Made by a program: the position numbers and the translations under genes
Shown here: one piece after another, positions 39,367 to 49,405 of the stretch
Position numbering within the stretch: position 1 is the first letter of the stretch
Layout: each line of letters opens with the position of its first letter
Notes under the pieces: generated by a model
What the model saw: only the letters and a program-made list of their open reading frames with translations
Databases searched by the model: none
What the model was told of the DNA's origin: nothing
Source: an uncultured Spirochaetota bacterium
Lineage (GTDB): Bacteria > Spirochaetota > Brevinematia > Brevinematales > JAOACQ01
Length of the DNA: 64,000 nt
Direction of reading: 5' to 3'
Assembly: GCA_963835575.1 (NCBI GenBank)
Contig: CAWIGG010000005.1
Location: forward strand, 224,001 to 288,000

Positions 39367-39670
39367 CCGGTTCTCCCCACAAAGGATCATTGCCGAATTT
39401 TTTATTCCAGAACTCTTCCGGTGAAATTAGCCTGTCAACATCATCCCGGGAGAAAGAAACAGGGTATTGATTGCAGTAATTTATCAATAATTTACCCGCG
39501 TATAATATGTCCCTTGTTTTTTCTTCGCATAGTCTTTTATCTTCCCCACACCTGTCCGGATGCCATTTTTTCAGCAAGTCTTTATATTTCTGGGTTACGG
39601 TGCTGATACTAGCCTGTTCCGGAATGTCCAGAATCTGCCTGGCCTTTGTTATTTCTTCATATAATCCCAT
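39353..39670 (-). CDS. Small J-domain protein
   Basis: ARQILD..KKWHPD. Confidence 0.85.
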   Translation of the reverse strand: MGLYEEITKARQILDIPEQASISTVTQKYKDLLKKWHPDRCGEDKRLCEEKTRDILYAGKLLINYCNQYPVSFSRDDVDRLISPEEFWNKKFGNDPLWGEPDARS

Positions 39671-39678
39671 ACAGGTTC

Positions 39679-40029
39679 CTATTTAGACGGTTTTTCCGGC
39701 AGGCGGCAGCAGCCGTCATCCTTTAAATCCGTTCCTTTTGCAAGAACTCCGGAATATTCTTTATGACGCCGGTAAAATGTGACGGCGTAAGAACAGGACG
39801 GATTGACCTTCAGCCCTTTTTCCCGCACGAAATCGGAAAATCCGGTCAATAAGGCTTCGGCGATCCCCTGCCCGCGAAGGTCCGGGTGGACATAGGTCTG
39901 GAACAAATCAACGGTCGAAGAATCGATAAATTCATAAACCGCTTCGCAGTGATACCCGTCATGGTCGCAATAAAAGCTTTTTGTCGTTTCATCATGGATA
40001 ATGGCGAACTTTTTTGTTTTTCCAATCAT
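39679..40029 (-). CDS. GNAT acetyltransferase, YjdJ-like
   Basis: TYVHPDLRGQGIA, PSCSYA. Confidence 0.85.
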   Translation of the reverse strand: MIGKTKKFAIIHDETTKSFYCDHDGYHCEAVYEFIDSSTVDLFQTYVHPDLRGQGIAEALLTGFSDFVREKGLKVNPSCSYAVTFYRRHKEYSGVLAKGTDLKDDGCCRLPEKPSK

Positions 40030-40079
40030 AAGAATTATGCCTCCCTGGAAATTATTTTGTATGTATATCTGCGACCCTG

Positions 40080-40547
40080 TTATTCTGATTTTTCCATTTG
40101 CCGGTGGCCGCATCTTCCGCCCTGGCGTGAGCATCCCCTATCATCCGGGTGCCGGTGAATATTGGCGCTCCGGCATTGCGGGCATATTGCAGGATGTCCC
40201 GTGCCGAAAGGTAAAGACCATACATGTTTGCAATCATAACAGAGAAATTTTCTTTCCGACATATTGACATGACCTCCTTCGATTTTTACGGCTTTGCCGT
40301 TAATGAGAGCGTCCGCGACTTTTTTCCTTGCCGATTCGATAATATTGCCGAAAGTCTGCCGGGAAACATTCATTTTTTGGGCGGCTTCTTCCTGATACAG
40401 GCCCTCCAGGTCGGCCAGGCGCAGGGCTTCCAGTTCATCCAAATTTAATGCAACTATATCAAGATTGGATACCGGAATTCCGGCAGGTTTGAAGAACAGG
40501 GTATCGGGACTGAAATCGACTTTTCTGCATTTCATCGGTCTCGGCAT
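40080..40547 (-). CDS. DUF134 (UPF0251) HTH protein with C-terminal zinc ribbon
   Basis: MPRP.KCR, FKPAG, DELEALRLAD..GLYQEEAA..MNVSRQT; CYDC..CPQC. Confidence 0.9.
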   Translation of the reverse strand: MPRPMKCRKVDFSPDTLFFKPAGIPVSNLDIVALNLDELEALRLADLEGLYQEEAAQKMNVSRQTFGNIIESARKKVADALINGKAVKIEGGHVNMSERKFLCYDCKHVWSLPFGTGHPAICPQCRSANIHRHPDDRGCSRQGGRCGHRQMEKSE

Positions 40548-40583
40548 ACTGCCTCCCTATTTAATTTATGTTAATATAATATT

Positions 40584-40853
40584 TCAGATTAAAAAGTCGA
40601 TCATATCCCTTTCACGAAGCATCCTTCTTTTCCAGGCTGATATTCCCGGAACGCTGTAAGGAAGCAGGCGGAGGGAATAATAGGACGGAATGACAGGTAT
40701 TCCAATCATATTCCCGGCATTTATCAGCATAAACAGGTGATCCGAGTCTATTCGGGCTTTTAAAGCAAAACCGGCCATGCCGTACCCTGACAATCCGTAA
40801 AAGAAACCCTTTAAAAAATTTAACGCTTTATAAACTCTTTTCAGACTCAGCAC
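40584..40853 (-). CDS. Small protein resembling the family usually found beside cstA/arsA-like genes
   Basis: LFML..G.MIGIP.IPSYYSLRLLPY...WKRRMLRE; GGAGG RBS before GTG. Confidence 0.6.
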   Translation of the reverse strand: MLSLKRVYKALNFLKGFFYGLSGYGMAGFALKARIDSDHLFMLINAGNMIGIPVIPSYYSLRLLPYSVPGISAWKRRMLRERDMIDFLI

Positions 40854-40914
40854 TTTATACCTCCTGTGAAAGATCATGATCATTTATTTCACAGCTCTTT
40901 ATCCTGTTCTTCAT

Positions 40915-42717
40915 TCAATACACCCGGTCATTCCAGGTCTTTTTATTCACCTCAAAAATCAGCGTCTTTTCAGCGATCTGCCTGATGTTCCTGCCCTCGC
41001 AGCCGCGGGGGACCATCCAGCAGACAGCCCTTTCGCCTTTAAAATATTTCATCGCGCAAGCCAGGGCTTTTTTAATCGAATAAGGCTTTGTTGAAACAAT
41101 ATTGATCATAATCATAAGCCAGTTGACGGAATAGTGGCTGATATTGGAGCCCTGTTTTAAAAGCTGGGTGACGGACGGGCCGGACGTCTTCTTTTTCGCG
41201 TGGCCGAAATCAGGCGCTTCCGCTTTTCCGACAGGGTTGAGCTTGGTTGCCCTGCAGAAATCGACAGTCGCCCACCGTGCAATTGCTTTTGATGAAGCGA
41301 TTTTTGAATAATTACAGCCGTAGATATCGATGATCAATTCAAAAGCTGACGAAAAACCCTCTTCCATCGGAAGCTTAAAATCCTTTAAAAAGATTTTTGA
41401 GCATTCTGTCATTTTAGGGAGCAATACCTCGCTAGAAGGCAGAAGCTTTCTGTTGTCCTTAGCCAGCCTTGCTTGATAGATCAGGCTTTTCCTGCGGATC
41501 TCCCTGATGTCGGAAAATGACCCGCGGGGGACATGCCAGCAAACGCTGTTCACGGCCCCGTAATAAGACAGTGTATAGGAAACGGCGTCTTCCACCGGAA
41601 GAGAGGCGCATGTAAAACAATTGGCGCATCCTGTCGCGCCGTACTGCCTGTAATTGATTGCGCTGGTTTCTATATACTGGACAAGCGTATCGCCCTCGCC
41701 GAAGTCCCGGTTTGAGACCATCGGTTCGCCATAAGCGATCATATTGATGGCCTCGCAGGTTTCCCTACTCCATCTGGCTATTTTTGAAACCGAAGGGATT
41801 TTTTTGCTATTCAGTGCGATGTCCATAACGACTTCCTCGCCGTATTTGTCCTGTTCGAGCCGGCCCTGGAATTCCGGGTAAACAACTGTGGAAATATCCG
41901 GCGAATACCACCTGCTTTTGATCCCTGAGATTTTATACGCCTTCCTGGCGTTTTGAGCGGCTTTCGTGAAGACCTTGCGGCCTTTTGATCCGGCCGTCAG
42001 GCTGAAAGGCCCGCCGATGTAGCTGACGTTTGACAACTGGATGACCCTGACGTCGTCAAATGTGCGTTCAATCTGCCGCCAGCTTCCGGGGCATTCCGAA
42101 GGCTGAAGGATGAGAGAACCGGTTTGATGAATAGCTATTCCTCCGTCCACCAGGGCATCGTAAACGCACTGGTAAAAATCGGTGCTGAAGAGGCTTTTTG
42201 CCGGTCCTATCGGGTCCGCCGAGTCGATGATCACCAGGTCGCATTTGCCCTTCATGGAGCGGATGTCTTCCGCACCGTCGCCGATGATCAGGCGCAGGCG
42301 TTTATCATCCCAGATGCCTTCCGAAACAGACGGCATGAATTCCCTGCATTTATCGATCACCATCCTGTCGATCTCGACCATGGTGACGGTTTTTACAGAT
42401 TTATGTTTGAGGACTTCCCTGGCCGCGCCACCGTCGCCGCCGCCGATGATCAGAACATTTCTGGCCGGCTTTAAGAGCAAAAACATGGGCCAGTGTACGA
42501 TCCATTCGTGGTAAATGCCTTCGTCTTCCTCCGTCAGCTGAACAATATTGTCGAGTATCAAAACGCGGCCCAGCCGTTCAGTTTCCAGGATCATTATTTT
42601 CTGATGGCCGGTGTCCGTTTCCGGGACAAGGACTTTGGAAACTTTAAAGCCGTAATTAATATCCGTATAAAGGTCTTCATAAAACCAAAATTCGTTTCTC
42701 TTTTTTATCAATCCCAA
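40915..42717 (-). CDS. speE: Spermidine synthase (aminopropyltransferase) fused to two AdoMetDC-like domains
   Basis: LILD..VQLTE.DE..YHE, VLIIGGGDGG..RE, VEID, IIDS.DPIGPA; then two SpeD-like repeats ending WHVPRG and WMVPRG. Confidence 0.85.
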   Translation of the reverse strand: MGLIKKRNEFWFYEDLYTDINYGFKVSKVLVPETDTGHQKIMILETERLGRVLILDNIVQLTEEDEGIYHEWIVHWPMFLLLKPARNVLIIGGGDGGAAREVLKHKSVKTVTMVEIDRMVIDKCREFMPSVSEGIWDDKRLRLIIGDGAEDIRSMKGKCDLVIIDSADPIGPAKSLFSTDFYQCVYDALVDGGIAIHQTGSLILQPSECPGSWRQIERTFDDVRVIQLSNVSYIGGPFSLTAGSKGRKVFTKAAQNARKAYKISGIKSRWYSPDISTVVYPEFQGRLEQDKYGEEVVMDIALNSKKIPSVSKIARWSRETCEAINMIAYGEPMVSNRDFGEGDTLVQYIETSAINYRQYGATGCANCFTCASLPVEDAVSYTLSYYGAVNSVCWHVPRGSFSDIREIRRKSLIYQARLAKDNRKLLPSSEVLLPKMTECSKIFLKDFKLPMEEGFSSAFELIIDIYGCNYSKIASSKAIARWATVDFCRATKLNPVGKAEAPDFGHAKKKTSGPSVTQLLKQGSNISHYSVNWLMIMINIVSTKPYSIKKALACAMKYFKGERAVCWMVPRGCEGRNIRQIAEKTLIFEVNKKTWNDRVY

Positions 42718-42784
42718 TTTTTCCCTCCTTTTCTGAAACCGGCAGAAGATGTATTTGTAAGCATTTCAATAATACTTCAAACAT

Positions 42785-43543
42785 TTATTTAATAGTCTGA
42801 TCAAGAGCTTTTTCAATCTTTTCGGATAATTCCCCCAGCAATCCTCGCGTTATTTCGCTTGATAAGTCAAGTCCCTGTGAAGGTATGGACGCTATTTCCT
42901 TTGTCATTGGAAGACGCATCAATATATTCTCCTGCAGAATGGACTCTTCCGGTTCCGGAAAGAATGAAAAGCTCTTGCCGCATTCAGGGCAGACAATGGC
43001 GCTCATATTTTCAATAACACCCAGTATCGGGATACTCAGCATCTCCGCCATCTGGACGGATTTATTCACGATCATGGAAACCATATCCTGAGGGGTGGTC
43101 ACTACCAGAAGTCCGTTCAGCGGGATTTTCTGCATGACGGTCAGCGCCACATCAGCCGTACCGGGAGGCATATCCACTACAAGATAATCAAGTTCTCCCC
43201 ATTCCACATCCGTCCAGAACTGTTCGATGGCTTTTGTCAGAAGCGGCCCCCGCCAGACAACCGGTTTGTTTTCATCTTCCAGCAGCAGATTCATCGAAAC
43301 AACCGATATCCCCTGCTGTGTTTGAAAAGGCAGGAGTTTGCCGCCGTCGGTGAGAATTCTGCCCAGTTTTAATTGAAATAACCGTGGAATACTCGGGCCG
43401 GTTATGTCCGCGTCCAGTACGCCGACTTTATAACCTTTCAGGGCCAGCGCGTTTGCCGCCAGAAAAGTAACGGTGGATTTACCGACCCCGCCTTTCCCGC
43501 TCATGACCCCGAAAATGCTTTTTATCTGACTGGTATTTTCCAT
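42785..43543 (-). CDS. mrp: Mrp/ApbC/NBP35 Fe-S carrier ATPase
   Basis: SGKGGVGKST, LDADITGPS, WRGP, DMPPGT.D, ENMS..CPEC. Confidence 0.93.
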   Translation of the reverse strand: MENTSQIKSIFGVMSGKGGVGKSTVTFLAANALALKGYKVGVLDADITGPSIPRLFQLKLGRILTDGGKLLPFQTQQGISVVSMNLLLEDENKPVVWRGPLLTKAIEQFWTDVEWGELDYLVVDMPPGTADVALTVMQKIPLNGLLVVTTPQDMVSMIVNKSVQMAEMLSIPILGVIENMSAIVCPECGKSFSFFPEPEESILQENILMRLPMTKEIASIPSQGLDLSSEITRGLLGELSEKIEKALDQTIK

Positions 43544-43563
43544 GAATTTATTTCTCCTATAAA

Positions 43564-43604
43564 TAGCATATGCTAATTATAGTTAAAAATTTGGTTATTG
43601 TCAA
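43564..43604 (-). promoter_or_regulatory. Consensus sigma70 promoter with adjacent palindromic operator candidate
   Basis: Minus strand TTGACA (43604-43599), N17, TATAAT (43581-43576), then palindrome TAGCATATGCTA (43564-43575). Confidence 0.8.
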
Positions 43605-44168
43605 ATGCTAATAATGAAAGTGTCTATTTTTGCGATTGATGTTAATTTGAGAAAAAGATATACAGTAAGTTTAACTTTGATATTTTTGCACATCCAGACA
43701 AAAATGTATATTAAGGAGTCCCGCCAATATTTCCGACAAAATCCCCTCTAAGGAATTATTGGATAACATGGAAATGATAAACTAATTTCCCGGGGTAGCA
43801 ATAAACGAAATTCCCATACGTGTCAAAAACAGATCCCTCATAGGGGAATATAACGATTACCTTTAATGAAAATTAATTAAAGGATGGCAGAAATGGTGAA
43901 AAGTATTATGTATCTGGAAACAAAAAAACTAAAGATTTCAGGCAAAAGTAAGAAGAACAGGCGAAGGCTGTAAAGAAGTAGAAATTAATAACCAGAAATT
44001 CTTCTGATCAATATAGATGCCGGCTAATGTTCCAAGCGTCTTGTTGTTCCGCGCGCCTGAATAATTTACGATTCATATTTCAAAACTTCAAACTAAAGTG
44101 AAGTATTTTTCAGGCATTTTTATCTCTATTGAAACTATTTATCAATCCATTCATAGAAAAATGAATAA

Positions 44169-44192
44169 CCCCCGTTGGACACCCAACGGGGG
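44169..44192 (-). terminator. Terminator hairpin after PepSY gene
   Basis: CCCCCGTTGG-ACAC-CCAACGGGGG perfect stem. Confidence 0.75.
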
Positions 44193-44227
44193 CTGAAATT
44201 TGATCTTGGGGTCAAAATGAAGTTCCT

Positions 44228-44650
44228 TTATTCGTTTTCTTCTTTGTCGTTTTCAGATTTACCTTCTTTATTTTCATCATTTTCTTTTTCACTTTCTTTC
44301 TTTACAACTTGTCCATTTACTGGATCAATTTTTAAATCAATCATACTTTTATCAATTGCTATTACTTCAATGGAATAAATCAGATATCCATTCTTGACTT
44401 CCAGCCTCGCTTTTAAGGCCTTACCTGGAGCGTTAGTTAAAGCTATATTTATGGCTTCTATAAGACTTAGTTTTGCCAGGTCAGCCATTTGCACTTCTTT
44501 TTCGTCTTTCTTTCCTGATGAGGGGAATTTTACTGAACTGATAATTGAAATACCTTGCTTATCCTTCCCTTTTTCTTTAGCAGAAGATACTACCGACAAG
44601 CCGCTTACCAATCCTACCGCGATAAATAGGACTACACACACTTTAATCAT
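44228..44650 (-). CDS. Secreted PepSY-domain protein
   Basis: Signal peptide; AKLSL.EA..IAL...PGK.....LE...YSIEV...IDP..GQV. Confidence 0.85.
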   Translation of the reverse strand: MIKVCVVLFIAVGLVSGLSVVSSAKEKGKDKQGISIISSVKFPSSGKKDEKEVQMADLAKLSLIEAINIALTNAPGKALKARLEVKNGYLIYSIEVIAIDKSMIDLKIDPVNGQVVKKESEKENDENKEGKSENDKEENE

Positions 44651-44717
44651 AAATATCCTCCTTTGGATAAAATATGATATATTATAGATGTTTCAATATG
44701 AAGAAACTATGAAGGAC

Positions 44718-46124
44718 TTAAATATTTTTGAATAATGGCAGAACAATTGTAAAAATTGAACCATTATTCATCTGGCTTTTAACGGTTATAGTTCCGCCAA
44801 ACATTTCAATTATTTTTTTGGAAATAGATAAACCAATCCCGGTTCCAGAATAAGCCGGGGTCATATTGTCTTTAACTCTGAAGAAACGGTCGAATATTCT
44901 GAACAAGTTTTAATTACTTATACCGATACCTGTATCAACGATTTCAATTATTATCGAATTCAAATGAACTCTTGAATGGATGAATATGGTTCCACTTTTT
45001 GTATATTTAATTGCATTTTCAACAATATTAAATAAGGCAATGTGAATCAACTCCTTATCAGACAGAAACATGACACCAGACAGATCCCCATCCCGGTTAA
45101 AAGTTAATCCCTTGCTTTCAGCAAGAGGAACCAGTGCTTCATAAATTTTATCGATACACTCCTGTAAATAAATTGGTTCTTTTATAAAATACTTGCTTTC
45201 ATCCAGCCTTGCCAGCAGGAGTAATTTATTGATAAGTGTCTGAAGATACGCACTGGATTCCAGGATTTGATATAATTCTTCTTTTAAATTATCGTCAGAA
45301 ATTTGAGAATTAATTTGATTTTCAATTTTAATCCGGATGATTGAAAGGGGGGTTTTCAGTTCATGAGCCACATCTGAGATAAATTGTTTTTGGGTTTCAA
45401 ATGATTTTTCAATACGGGATAAAAGACTGTTAATTTCCATAGTCAGCTGTCCCAGTTCATCATGCGCATTTTGAATAGGCAACCTTTCATGAAGATTTTG
45501 GGAATTAATCCGATTGGTTAATCGAGTGATCCTATTGATAGGCTTAAGAATCCGTTCACCGAAGAAATACCCGATAATTCCAATGAAGATCAAAAACAAT
45601 ATAATGCCAATAATTTCAGCAATAGAATACGTTTGAATCTGTTTTAAGAAATCGCTTATATTAACTGCCGTGATTATATAATAGAATATTTCATCTTTGA
45701 TTTTAACCGGTTCAATATGAGTCCTCAGATATACTATTCTTTCCGGTATTTTTGAGGCATTATCATTGGTTCGATTAATACTATTTTTTATCAAATAGTA
45801 TTTATTAAGATTATTAAAATCCATTGCAACCTGGTATTTCTTTGCATAGGTTGATATATAAAGGACTTGATTGTTGGAAGAAAGAATTATAACCCATTTG
45901 TCATCGACTAATGACAAATCATCATTTTCATTAAGCATGGTAAATGTTTTTACGCTATTCAATTCAAAAATGCTTTCCACTTCTTTTGAAAGATAGGATA
46001 ATTCCTTGTCCGCAGAATCATATGAGAACTTTACGACTAAGGCCAGAATGAAAATGCTGAATATTATCAAAATTGAAGCGCTTAATACAATGTATAGAGT
46101 AATGATTCGAGTTCTAACTTTCAT
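44718..46124 (-). pseudogene. HAMP sensor histidine kinase with internal stop codon
   Basis: DELGQL, SDVAHELKTPL, NIVENAIKY, DTGIGI; in-frame TAA at 44912-44910, frame continues IFDRFFR..GTGIGLSI. Confidence 0.85.
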
Positions 46125-46807
46125 TTCAGATCCTTATCTGTCAATATAAATCCAAACCCTCTTTTTGTATGAAGCAACAATTTATCATGTCCGTTGTCCA
46201 GTTTTTTCCTGAGATTTTTTATATGAACATCAATAAAATTCGACATAGTAAAAAGGTCCAGCGATTCACCCCAAATGTGTTCTCCAATTTCGATTCTGGT
46301 CACCAGCCGGTCTTTGTTATATGCCAGGAATTCCAGAATTTCATATTCTTTCGGGGACAAGTTTAAAGGATACCCTCTTCTGCTTGCCTTTTTAACGGAT
46401 GTATCGATCTCCAGATCCAGAATTTGTATGGTATTTTGGCTGATATTATGTTTTCTTCTTAAAAGCGTTCGGATTCGTGCTAATAGCTCTGAAACTGCAA
46501 ATGGTTTTGTTAAATAGTCCTCAGCCCCAAGGTCCAGGCCCTTCACCCGGTCTTCTACCAGGCCCCTCGCGGACAGTACAAGTACTGTTACAGGTACGGA
46601 CATCCCGCGTAAAGTCTTAAGGACCTCAAAACCATCTATTCCCGGAAGCATAATATCAAGAAGAACAATATCATAATCCGCTTCATGGATCTTGTCCAGG
46701 GCGTCTTCACCGCTTTCAGCCCGCTCTACCAGATATTTTTCCTTTGTCAGCGAAGCGGAAATACTTTCCGCTAATTGATTGTCATCTTCTATTAATAATA
46801 TTTTCAT
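46121..46807 (-). CDS. OmpR-family response regulator
   Basis: LLIEDD, LLDIMLP, GAEDYLTKPF, LSPKEYEIL, TKRGFGF. Confidence 0.95.
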   Translation of the reverse strand: MKILLIEDDNQLAESISASLTKEKYLVERAESGEDALDKIHEADYDIVLLDIMLPGIDGFEVLKTLRGMSVPVTVLVLSARGLVEDRVKGLDLGAEDYLTKPFAVSELLARIRTLLRRKHNISQNTIQILDLEIDTSVKKASRRGYPLNLSPKEYEILEFLAYNKDRLVTRIEIGEHIWGESLDLFTMSNFIDVHIKNLRKKLDNGHDKLLLHTKRGFGFILTDKDLK

Positions 46808-47108
46808 AATATTTTAAATCATTCCTGCCGGAAATAACTTCGGATTTATTTTAAAGCATATTATAAGATACCGCCAGATATTTTCCCGCTAATAAAAAAA
46901 ATATTTGCACATTCTTCATCATTTCTTCATTTTGTCTATGATATAATTGATGAAAAGAAGGCTGAATGAAAGAAATAAATATCTTCAAGCAAATTAAAAC
47001 CGGAAATTTACTGCTTTTGAAAGAATTATTATGAAGATAGTATTTTATTACTATTAACATTTGATTTTTTTATGTGGTTTGAGTAATTTAGTTTTAATGA
47101 GGATAAGC

Positions 47109-47705
47109 ATGAACAATAAAGTTATCATCATTCTGGTATTGACGGTTCTTTCATTATTACTATTGACTTTGATCTCATTCGGGCCATTGTCGAATCTCAG
47201 GGGCCGGACATTTTATAATCCAGAGTCTCTTTTAAAAAGGACCGGCGCAAACGGAGGTTTGACAGCGGATTACATCAATAAAGACATAAAAGAAAACTAT
47301 TTCGAAATATTGCTGCCTGTAGAATGGATTGTCAAAGCAGGCGATAAACCGGGAAGTTATAATATAAGTTTTCCCGGCGGGCACGGTTTGATCAATTTGA
47401 TGGATGTTCCCGACAATACAACCCTTGAGCTTTTTATTTTAAGTCAGGTAGAACCGCGTTTAAAAAAAAGCGCGGCCGGATACCGGCGGCTGGATTATCA
47501 GAAAATCAAAGTAAATGGAAATGACGCTTATATCTTATTATACGATGAAAAAGCCGGAAAAGCGGATTACCGGACAATGACCGCGTATATCAGTGGAGCG
47601 GACCAGGCTGCTGTGATTAAATTGAGCGCCGGAAAAAATGATTTTAAAAACCTCGAGTCATCTTTTTACTCCTTGATAAATAATTTTAATTGGAGAAATC
47701 CATGA
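47109..47705 (+). CDS. Hypothetical exported or membrane-anchored protein
   Basis: N-terminal TM helix; first gene of tightly packed plus-strand run. Confidence 0.6.
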   Translation: MNNKVIIILVLTVLSLLLLTLISFGPLSNLRGRTFYNPESLLKRTGANGGLTADYINKDIKENYFEILLPVEWIVKAGDKPGSYNISFPGGHGLINLMDVPDNTTLELFILSQVEPRLKKSAAGYRRLDYQKIKVNGNDAYILLYDEKAGKADYRTMTAYISGADQAAVIKLSAGKNDFKNLESSFYSLINNFNWRNP

Positions 47706-47905
47706 AGCAGATATTATTATTTATATCCATGGCCGTCATCGGCATTGGGCTTTATCTGAAATTATTTTATGATGTGCCGGATTCCCAGGCCCAGATTAAT
47801 TTTTTTGTCAGCTGGTTCTTTATTATTATTGGTACAGGAAGCCTATTGAGTAATATATTCTGGGGAAATAAAGCGGATAAAAACAGTAGGAACAAAAATG
47901 AATGA
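47702..47905 (+). CDS. Small two-TM membrane protein
   Basis: Two hydrophobic segments; ATGA overlaps at both ends. Confidence 0.65.
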   Translation: MKQILLFISMAVIGIGLYLKLFYDVPDSQAQINFFVSWFFIIIGTGSLLSNIFWGNKADKNSRNKNE

Positions 47906-48624
47906 ATAGCGTAATAAAAACCGAAAACCTGACCAAACTATACGGCAAGACAAAAGCCCTGGACAATCTTTCGCTTGAAGTTAAAAAAGGGGAGTTTTTC
48001 GCCTTTCTGGGGCCGAACGGCGCGGGTAAAACAACCACAATCAGGATCCTAACAGGTATAATCAAGCCTGACGAGGGAAAGGTTTTAATAAATGAAGAAC
48101 TTCAGGCTGACTCAACGAAAGCGAAACTGATCGCGGGAGTAATGCCTGAAAGCCGCGGATTGTACGAATGGATGACTGCCGGCGAGTATATTTCTTTTTT
48201 TGCCCATCTTTACCGTATTCATGATCCGGTTAATGTAATCGCTGAAAAATTATCGATTGTCGGACTTATCAATGAAAAAAACAAAATTATCGGAACTTTC
48301 TCCAGAGGAATGAAACAGCGTATCAGTCTGGCGCGTTCTCTCATCAATAAACCGGAAATATTGTATCTTGACGAACCTACGCTCGGACTTGACCCGAAGG
48401 GCCAGGAAGACATTCAAAATCTATTGAAAAATTTAAATGCCGGCGGTGTGACTATCTTTTATTCATCCCACCTGCTCAACGAAGTGGCCCAGCTTTGTTC
48501 AAGGATCGCCGTCATCCATCATGGAAAACTGATCGCACAGGGCACGATTTCCCAGCTTCAGGAACAAACCGGTTTACAGAACAACAGTTTAAAGGATATT
48601 TTCCTTAAATTGACAGGAGATTGA
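47902..48624 (+). CDS. ABC transporter ATP-binding protein
   Basis: GPNGAGKTT, FSRGMKQR, LYLDEPT, SSH. Confidence 0.95.
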   Translation: MNSVIKTENLTKLYGKTKALDNLSLEVKKGEFFAFLGPNGAGKTTTIRILTGIIKPDEGKVLINEELQADSTKAKLIAGVMPESRGLYEWMTAGEYISFFAHLYRIHDPVNVIAEKLSIVGLINEKNKIIGTFSRGMKQRISLARSLINKPEILYLDEPTLGLDPKGQEDIQNLLKNLNAGGVTIFYSSHLLNEVAQLCSRIAVIHHGKLIAQGTISQLQEQTGLQNNSLKDIFLKLTGD

Positions 48625-48625
48625 A

Positions 48626-49396
48626 ATGTTCAAGTATATTTTGGCGAATGAATTAAAGGCTTCGCTTTATACCTGGAAAAGTATGGTCTGGTTTTTAATC
48701 ACAGCGGTCATATTCAGTTTTACCAGTTATTTATTTCTAACGGATAAAGAGCTGAGCCTGCTAGACCAGACGGAAATGCTCTGGCTGATATCAAAGGTAA
48801 TCATAGGAACTGCTTTGCTGATAATTACAGTTGACGCCTCCAATACCATCAATACTGAATTCGAAAAAGAAACGGCGGAAAGTCTTTTTCTGACCCCGCT
48901 TTCCATGAAAGATTTTGTTTTTGGAAAACTGCTCGCTTCCCTGACATTATGGCTGGCGATTTATCTCATATCAATTCCATATATTATTGTCACATCCGCC
49001 GGGAGCCGTCTCACTATCGCTTTTCTGGGTTATGTCCTCATGCTGGGCACTATGATCGTTCTCGGGTTTCAAATGATGATATTCGGCATTTCGTTCCTGT
49101 TCCGTTCCAGTAAAAACACGCTGACGACCTCACTCATTATTTTATTGGCCTCAGTCCTTCCTGCGATATTCCCGACTGTTCTTAAAAATAATCCGTTTAG
49201 CCAGGTTCTTTCCGTCATAAACCCGGCAGACAATGTCTTTTCATCGCTGGATAATGTTCTGGTTGATTATAAAACCGCGATCGGCGCTAATTTACAGTAT
49301 ATTATTCCTGTTTTGATATTTTGTCTGACTGCTTTGGTTTTTATGCTTTACAGTATAATTAAATTCAAACGCAGCGGCATAATTAAAAATGATTAG
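48626..49396 (+). CDS. ABC-2 type permease
   Basis: Multiple TM helices; E.E..T.E.L.LTP.S....V.GK. Confidence 0.85.
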   Translation: MFKYILANELKASLYTWKSMVWFLITAVIFSFTSYLFLTDKELSLLDQTEMLWLISKVIIGTALLIITVDASNTINTEFEKETAESLFLTPLSMKDFVFGKLLASLTLWLAIYLISIPYIIVTSAGSRLTIAFLGYVLMLGTMIVLGFQMMIFGISFLFRSSKNTLTTSLIILLASVLPAIFPTVLKNNPFSQVLSVINPADNVFSSLDNVLVDYKTAIGANLQYIIPVLIFCLTALVFMLYSIIKFKRSGIIKND

Positions 49397-49405
49397 GGGT
49401 TTCTT

